Shown: piece after piece, positions 52,306 through 57,234 of the stretch
Layout: each line of letters opens with the position of its first letter
Numbering within the stretch: position 1 is the first letter of the stretch
Source of the DNA: Actinomycetota bacterium
GTDB lineage: Bacteria; Actinomycetota; Actinomycetes; Mycobacteriales; Jatrophihabitantaceae
Assembly (NCBI GenBank): GCA_046734315.1
Contig: JBKPQY010000036.1
Location: forward strand, 1-57,234
DNA length: 57,234 nucleotides
Reading direction: 5' to 3'
Translations under genes and position numbers: made by a program
Notes under the pieces: generated by a model
Databases searched by the model: none
Seen by the model: only the letters and a program-made list of their open reading frames with translations
Told to the model about the DNA's origin: nothing

Positions 52306-53654
52306 TCGGACACCTGCCCCAGCGACCTCAAGCGGGGGGTGACCAGGGCGGCCACTGCGGACGAACCGGCGCGTTGGCGCAGCAGCCGGGTCCAGACTGC
52401 CGGAACGCTGTCCGTGGATCGGGCGGGGACTACCCACCAGCCCGCGGCGCGCAGGGTCTCGGCGACGCGGCGGCTCTCCTGCGTCCAGATCGGCGCGGCA
52501 TCGTCGTCGGGCGGGCGGCCCTCACGCCACGAGTCGACGTCGAGCAGCACGGCGAACGCCGGCGTGGCCGAACCGCGCGGGTGGGCGTCGGCGAGCGCGT
52601 GCACGCTCGCATCGTCGAGTCGGCCGAGTACCGCGACGACGGTCGAGTCGCGCATCGCGAGACGCAGCAACGGCACGACCGGTAGCAAGGTCCTGCCGTC
52701 GGCGGCACGTACCTCGGCCAAGTGGTCGACGAGGCTGCCCTGGGAGGCGAACCGCAGTCGGTCACGCGCCGTCAGGTCGGCGATCAGGCTGATGTCGCGT
52801 CCGGTGAAAAACAACTGGCTGCCGATGCTTGCGACTGCGCTGATCGCCCACTCGATACTGCGCGCGCCGCGGTCGTCCGCGGCGCGGGGCGTCGGGTGCT
52901 CCCCCGTCTCGTGTGCGCTCGCGCGCAGGTCCAGCAGCAGCGTGGCGTGCCCCTGCCAAGGGCGTTCCTCGTGGCGGACCATGAGCGCCCCGGTGCGGGC
53001 GGTCGACCGCCAGTGGATCTTGCGCAGGTCGTCGCCCTCACGCCACTCCCGGGTGGACGCATCGTCGGCGCCGCGCGATCCGATCGAGTGACTGCCGGCG
53101 TTTTCGCCCAGATCCCACGAGTTAGGCAGGTGCACGTCGGGCAAGTGGTCGACGATCGGCGTGATGACGAAGCGAGACCGCGCGGTGAACGACCGGGTGG
53201 TGTCGATCAGCCCGAACGGGTCGGTCAGCCGCACCCGCAATGGCCCGGTGTCGTAGTGGCCCCGGGGGAGTGCCGGCATGTGGTAGGCGACGGTGCGCGT
53301 CTCGCGGCCGTTGAGGCCGTCCAGCACGAACCGGGCTCGTCCGGCAAGCCGTGCAGGTAGGCGGTCCTCCAGCATGAGTGCCCCGGTCGGGATCAGCGAC
53401 CGGTTGGTGACGGTGAGCTGGACGACCACCTCGGCGCCCGCCGGTGCGCGGGCATGCGACACTCCGCGGCGACTGGCGATGGTGACCTGCGAACGGTGCA
53501 CGACCATCGCGGCCACCAGTGGAACCGCGACGACAAGGCAGCCTGCCCGGATCAGGTCGACCTCGCCGAACAGCAGGCCGCACAGTGCCGCCGTGGCGCC
53601 GCCTGCGACGAGGCAGCGTGCCCGCGTGGTGAATCCTGGCCGGAACCCGCGCAT
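52302..53654 (-). CDS. DUF58 (vWA-like) protein
   Basis: GDDLRKIHWRSTARTGALMVRHEE signature, with two N-terminal TM helices. Confidence 0.8.
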   Translation of the reverse strand: MRGFRPGFTTRARCLVAGGATAALCGLLFGEVDLIRAGCLVVAVPLVAAMVVHRSQVTIASRRGVSHARAPAGAEVVVQLTVTNRSLIPTGALMLEDRLPARLAGRARFVLDGLNGRETRTVAYHMPALPRGHYDTGPLRVRLTDPFGLIDTTRSFTARSRFVITPIVDHLPDVHLPNSWDLGENAGSHSIGSRGADDASTREWREGDDLRKIHWRSTARTGALMVRHEERPWQGHATLLLDLRASAHETGEHPTPRAADDRGARSIEWAISAVASIGSQLFFTGRDISLIADLTARDRLRFASQGSLVDHLAEVRAADGRTLLPVVPLLRLAMRDSTVVAVLGRLDDASVHALADAHPRGSATPAFAVLLDVDSWREGRPPDDDAAPIWTQESRRVAETLRAAGWWVVPARSTDSVPAVWTRLLRQRAGSSAVAALVTPRLRSLGQVSE

Positions 53655-53662
53655 GCGCGGGC

Positions 53663-54802
53663 CTAGCGATGGCCGTCGGGCGTCGGGATGGCGACCGTTG
53701 CCACGAGCTTGGCCAGCACGTCTTCAGCGGTACGCCCGCCGATGCTCGCGTCGGCGGTGAGCAGCAGCCGATGCGCGAGGACCGGACCGGTCAGCGTCTG
53801 CAGGTCGTCCGGAATCACGTAGTCGCGCCCGTCGAGCGCGGCCCACGCCTTTGCGGCCCGCAACAGTTGCAGTGTCGCCCGAGGCGAGGCGCCGAGCCGG
53901 ACGTCGGCTGCGCGCCGCGTGGCCTCGGCGAGGTCGACGGCGTAGGCCTTGATGCCGTCCGCGACGTGCACAGCTCGCACCCGCTCTATCAGGGTGCGCA
54001 CCTCGGTCGCGTCCGAGATCGGCTCGAGCGAAGCGAGCGGATCACTGGCGGCGTGCTCGGAGAGCATCGTGATCTCGTCGCGGCGATTGGGGTAACCCAT
54101 CGAGATACGCGCCGTGAACCGGTCGCGCTGAGCTTCGGGCAACGGGTAGGTGCCCTCCATGTCGATGGGGTTCTGGGTGGCGAGTACCAGAAACGGCGTC
54201 TCGAGCGAGTAGGTGACCCCGTCGACGGTGACCTGCCGCTCCTCCATGCACTCCAGCAGCGCCGCCTGCGTCTTCGGTGACGCGCGGTTGATCTCATCGC
54301 CGACCACGATGTTCGCGAACACCGGGCCGGGTTTGAACTCGAAGTCGCGCGACTCGGAGTTGTAGACGCTCACCCCGGTGATGTCGCTCGGCAGCAGGTC
54401 GGGGGTGAACTGGACCCGGCGCACCGAACAGTCGATCGATCGGGCCAACGCCTTGGCGAACTTGGTCTTTCCCACGCCCGGGACGTCCTCGATCAGCAGG
54501 TGACCTTCGGCGAGCAGCACGGCGAGGCCCACCCTGATGGTGCTTGTCTTGCCCTCGATGACCTGGCCGATATTCGTGAGGATCCGCCCACCGGCAGCGC
54601 GGACCACGCCGATGTCGTCGAGATCCGCCACAGCCTGTAACCCTGCCCTGGACTGGTTCGTCGCCGCTACTGCCCTTTTGGACGGACGGTCGTTGCGGTA
54701 CTGCTCCACCTGGTCCACCAAACTGCTGCCCCCCAAAAGGCGCGGCTCGTCTCGGCGCTGTGCGCGTCGCATCACGACGAGTATCCCTGACCACAGAAAC
54801 AT
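53663..54802 (-). CDS. MoxR-family AAA+ ATPase
   Basis: Walker A EDVPGVGKTKFAKALA, Walker B VFANIVVGDEINRA and LLECMEERQVT. The true start may be internal (e.g. ATG 54772). Confidence 0.85.
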   Translation of the reverse strand: MFLWSGILVVMRRAQRRDEPRLLGGSSLVDQVEQYRNDRPSKRAVAATNQSRAGLQAVADLDDIGVVRAAGGRILTNIGQVIEGKTSTIRVGLAVLLAEGHLLIEDVPGVGKTKFAKALARSIDCSVRRVQFTPDLLPSDITGVSVYNSESRDFEFKPGPVFANIVVGDEINRASPKTQAALLECMEERQVTVDGVTYSLETPFLVLATQNPIDMEGTYPLPEAQRDRFTARISMGYPNRRDEITMLSEHAASDPLASLEPISDATEVRTLIERVRAVHVADGIKAYAVDLAEATRRAADVRLGASPRATLQLLRAAKAWAALDGRDYVIPDDLQTLTGPVLAHRLLLTADASIGGRTAEDVLAKLVATVAIPTPDGHR

Positions 54803-54907
54803 CGGGGTAACGGTGGTTTTGGTTCACGACTGTTCCTCAGTTCGCATCTCACCCGGAAATTCCGGGCTGACCAGTGCCACGGCGCGCGCAGCAGGGTGCT
54901 CTTGGCG

Positions 54908-54949
54908 TTGACGGTGGTTGAAAGTGGGGTACGGTGGGGCACCGTGGGG
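54908..54949 (+). promoter_or_regulatory. candidate dcw/mraZ promoter (TTGACG-16 nt-TACGGT) overlapped by three GTGGGG direct repeats phased at 10 bp (MraZ boxes)
   Basis: TTGACG at 54908-54913, TACGGT at 54930-54935, and GTGGGG at 54924, 54934 and 54944 (aaaGTGGGGtacgGTGGGGcaccGTGGGGagc). Confidence 0.5.
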
Positions 54950-54983
54950 AGCGGGACCGATCTGGTGAGGGGTTGTGGTGCCG

Positions 54984-55415
54984 ATGTTCCTGGGCACGCA
55001 CACGCCACGCCTCGACGACAAGGGCCGGCTGGCGTTGCCGGCCAAGTTCCGCTCCGACCTGGAGAGCGGGCTCGTCATCACCAAAGGCCAGGAACGGTGC
55101 CTGTTCGTGTTTCCGATCGCCGAGTTCAACCGGCTGACCGAGTTGCTGCGCACCGCGCCGGTGACGGACCGGCGCGTGCGCGACTACAGCCGCATCTTCT
55201 TCGCCAGCGCCTCGCACGAGGTGCCGGATGCGCAGGGCCGCATCACCGTTCCGCAGCCGCTGCGCCAGTACGCGGGACTCGCCAAGGACAGCGTCGTCAT
55301 CGGCGCGAACACCCGCGTCGAGGTCTGGGACTCCCAGGCCTGGCAGGACTACCTCGACCGAACCGAGCAGTCGTTCGCGGACGCCGAGGAGGAGGTGCTG
55401 CCCGGGCTGTTGTGA
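54984..55415 (+). CDS. mraZ: transcriptional regulator MraZ
   Basis: [23 protein letters not shown] and the second-half motif [13 protein letters not shown]. Confidence 0.9.
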   Translation: MFLGTHTPRLDDKGRLALPAKFRSDLESGLVITKGQERCLFVFPIAEFNRLTELLRTAPVTDRRVRDYSRIFFASASHEVPDAQGRITVPQPLRQYAGLAKDSVVIGANTRVEVWDSQAWQDYLDRTEQSFADAEEEVLPGLL

Positions 55416-55573
55416 ACAGCCCTTGAACGTCGCCGTCCGGCCCGGCCTCCTCCCGTCGCCGGCTTCGTCTTGGCGCACCTTCCCCGGTGCCAAGCAGGAG
55501 CGCGGATCACGACGGGTGGGGACCCGACCGGACGGCGCAGGCACCAAGACCCTCGGGGGAGGTAGCGCCGGAC

Positions 55574-56509
55574 ATGGACGAACACGTACCGGTCATGCTC
55601 GACCGGGTGCTGGCGCTGCTCGCGCCGGCTCTGTCGGGACGCCCGGCCGTCGTGGTGGACGCGACAGTGGGACTCGGTGGCCACGCGGAGGCACTGCTTG
55701 CGGCCCACCCGCAGCTGCGCCTGGTCGGCCTGGACCGGGACCAGGCGGCGCTGGACCGAAGCGAACGGAGACTCGCCCGCTACGGCGAGCGGTTGCACCT
55801 GGTCCACGCCGTGTATGACCGGATGCCCGCCGTGCTGGCCTCGCTCGGCATGCCACGCGTCGACGGCGTGCTCTTCGACCTCGGCGTCTCGTCCATGCAG
55901 CTGGACCGGGCCGAGCGCGGCTTCGCCTACGCACAGGACGCGCCGCTGGACATGCGCATGGACCAGGACACCGGGCGCACCGCTGCCGACGTGGTCAACA
56001 CCTACCCGCCCACCGAACTGGCCCGCGTGCTGCGCGAGTACGGCGAGGAACGCTTCGCGCGGCGAATCGCCCAGGCAATCGTCCGCGCTCGGCCGCTGAC
56101 CTCGACGGCGCGACTGGCCGAACTGGTGCGTTCAGCCATCCCCGCGCCGGCTCGGCGCACCGGCGGTCACCCGGCCAAGCGCACGTTCCAGGCGCTGCGT
56201 ATCGAGGTGAACGGTGAGCTTTCCGCACTGCGGGCGGCGTTGCCCGGAGCAGTTGCGGCGCTACAGCTCTCCGGCCGGATCGTCGTGCTGTCCTACCACT
56301 CGTTGGAGGACCGCATCGTCAAGCAGGCACTCGCCGAACTCGCCAGCGATCGCACGCCGCAGGGCCTGCCGGTGCCGCTCACCGACCAGGGGCCGCAACT
56401 GCGGCTGCTGGCACGGGGCGAGGGGCCGAGCGCCGCGGAAGTCGCGGCCAACCCGCGTGCCGCGTCGGCGCGGCTACGCGCGGCCGAGCGGATCCGAGAG
56501 CCGGCATGA
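55574..56509 (+). CDS. rsmH: 16S rRNA (cytosine1402-N4)-methyltransferase
   Basis: [34 protein letters not shown] and [11 protein letters not shown]. Start at ATG 55574. Confidence 0.9.
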   Translation: MDEHVPVMLDRVLALLAPALSGRPAVVVDATVGLGGHAEALLAAHPQLRLVGLDRDQAALDRSERRLARYGERLHLVHAVYDRMPAVLASLGMPRVDGVLFDLGVSSMQLDRAERGFAYAQDAPLDMRMDQDTGRTAADVVNTYPPTELARVLREYGEERFARRIAQAIVRARPLTSTARLAELVRSAIPAPARRTGGHPAKRTFQALRIEVNGELSALRAALPGAVAALQLSGRIVVLSYHSLEDRIVKQALAELASDRTPQGLPVPLTDQGPQLRLLARGEGPSAAEVAANPRAASARLRAAERIREPA

Positions 56510-57078
56510 GCGCGCCGGCCCGCGCCACCCGGACCTCGGGGCGCCCCCGTGTCGTCGCGGCACGCGCTCGGCCGTCTGCGTGGACCCGGCCGCGTCTCGT
56601 CGCGTCCGGTGCCGCGCACGTCGCGACACGAACCGGCCCGCCACGTGCTCCGTTCGCCCTGCTCATCGCGGGGCTGCTCGTCGGCGGGCTGTGCGCACTG
56701 CTCGCCCTCAACACCGCAGCCGCTGCAGCGGAGTTGCGCCGCCAGTCGATCGCCCAGGCGAACGCCGATGCAGCGGACGACGTTCAGCAACTCAAGGCCG
56801 AACTCGCCGCCCGGCGCGCCCCGGCGGCGCTGCGCAGCGCCGCCTCGGCGCTCGGCATGCTGCCCGCAGATCATCCGGCCTTCCTGCGGATCCAGCCGGA
56901 CGGCCGCGCGAGTGTGCTCGGCTCGGCACAACCGGCCGCGGCCGTACCGGTACCGACGCCGACGACGACGCCGACCCCGACGACGACGGCCACACCGACG
57001 AAGGCAGCTACGCCGACGACGAGTAAGCCGCCGGAGCGGCCGGCCACGTCGGCGCATCCGACGCGGAGCCACGGGTGA
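56506..57078 (+). CDS. ftsL: FtsL-like cell-division membrane protein with a Pro/Thr-rich tail
   Basis: Position after rsmH. One TM helix ([19 protein letters not shown]) followed by a coiled-coil-like segment, then [18 protein letters not shown]. Confidence 0.6.
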   Translation: MSAPARATRTSGRPRVVAARARPSAWTRPRLVASGAAHVATRTGPPRAPFALLIAGLLVGGLCALLALNTAAAAAELRRQSIAQANADAADDVQQLKAELAARRAPAALRSAASALGMLPADHPAFLRIQPDGRASVLGSAQPAAAVPVPTPTTTPTPTTTATPTKAATPTTSKPPERPATSAHPTRSHG

Positions 57079-57234
57079 AGCCGCCCCCACCAAGCCGGCG
57101 GTCGCAGCCACCGCGGCCCCGCCGGGCCGAGCCGCCGCGGCCGCCTCGACCCGTGCCACCGCGAGCGCCTCGACCCGTGCCACCGCAGGCGCCTCAGCCC
57201 GTGCCCGTACGCCGCGGTACGGCTGCTACGCCAC
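57075..57234 (+). CDS. ftsI: 5' end of a probable FtsI/PBP gene (Pro-rich cytoplasmic tail only), truncated by the window edge
   Basis: GTG 57075 overlaps the ftsL stop (GTGA). It translates [40 protein letters not shown].... Identity is inferred from dcw gene order only. Confidence 0.4.
   Translation, partial: MKPPPPSRRSQPPRPRRAEPPRPPRPVPPRAPRPVPPQAPQPVPVRRGTAATP
57141..57212 (+). repeat. three tandem 24-nt units encoding an 8-aa Pro-rich repeat
   Basis: CGCCTCGACCCGTGCCACCGCGAG / CGCCTCGACCCGTGCCACCGCAGG / CGCCTCAGCCCGTGCCCGTACGCC. Confidence 0.7.

Overview
High-GC actinobacterial chromosomal window. The backbone is syntenic with the Mycobacterium tuberculosis Rv2182c-Rv2163c region upstream of the dcw cluster. 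Shared genes are a PlsC-type acyltransferase, Rv2179c-type RNase AS, class II DAHP synthase, Ser/Thr kinase, Rv2175c-type DNA-binding protein, idsA, MTHFR, DUF3040, mraZ, rsmH, ftsL and the start of ftsI. Several accessory blocks interrupt it. (i) A ~16 kb copper-themed locus at 3.6-20.0 kb holds an OmpR-type two-component system, a CopC-CopD fusion and a six-gene coupled operon. The operon encodes a 1791-aa secreted SdrD/IPT/beta-helix protein, three paralogous two-cupredoxin-domain multicopper-oxidase-like proteins, a small membrane-anchored protein and an S8 protease. (ii) Pirin, a B3/4-domain protein, threonine aldolase, a second (class I-beta) DAHP synthase and a decayed DUF559 gene. (iii) A carotenoid pathway split into two operons, separated by metF, a CDP-alcohol phosphatidyltransferase and a RES-Xre toxin-antitoxin pair. 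(iv) Sulfite-reduction genes (sirA, a small Zn-ribbon ORF, cysH, cysG) preceded by a Cys-Cys mini-uORF. (v) HEPN protein, methyltransferase and dinB. (vi) A MoxR-DUF58-transglutaminase operon. I recognised no rRNA, tRNA, CRISPR array, transposase or integrase. A hairpin-rich ~130-bp intergenic repeat family occurs at five or more sites. The best candidate for something undescribed is the three-gene oxidase set. Their copper ligands are complementary rather than complete, which suggests a split, ceruloplasmin-like heterotrimeric oxidase. A shared 11-bp-phased ATGAC direct repeat sits in front of both copCD and the oxidase operon. All functional calls come from reading the translated ORFs and from motif knowledge; no database search was possible.
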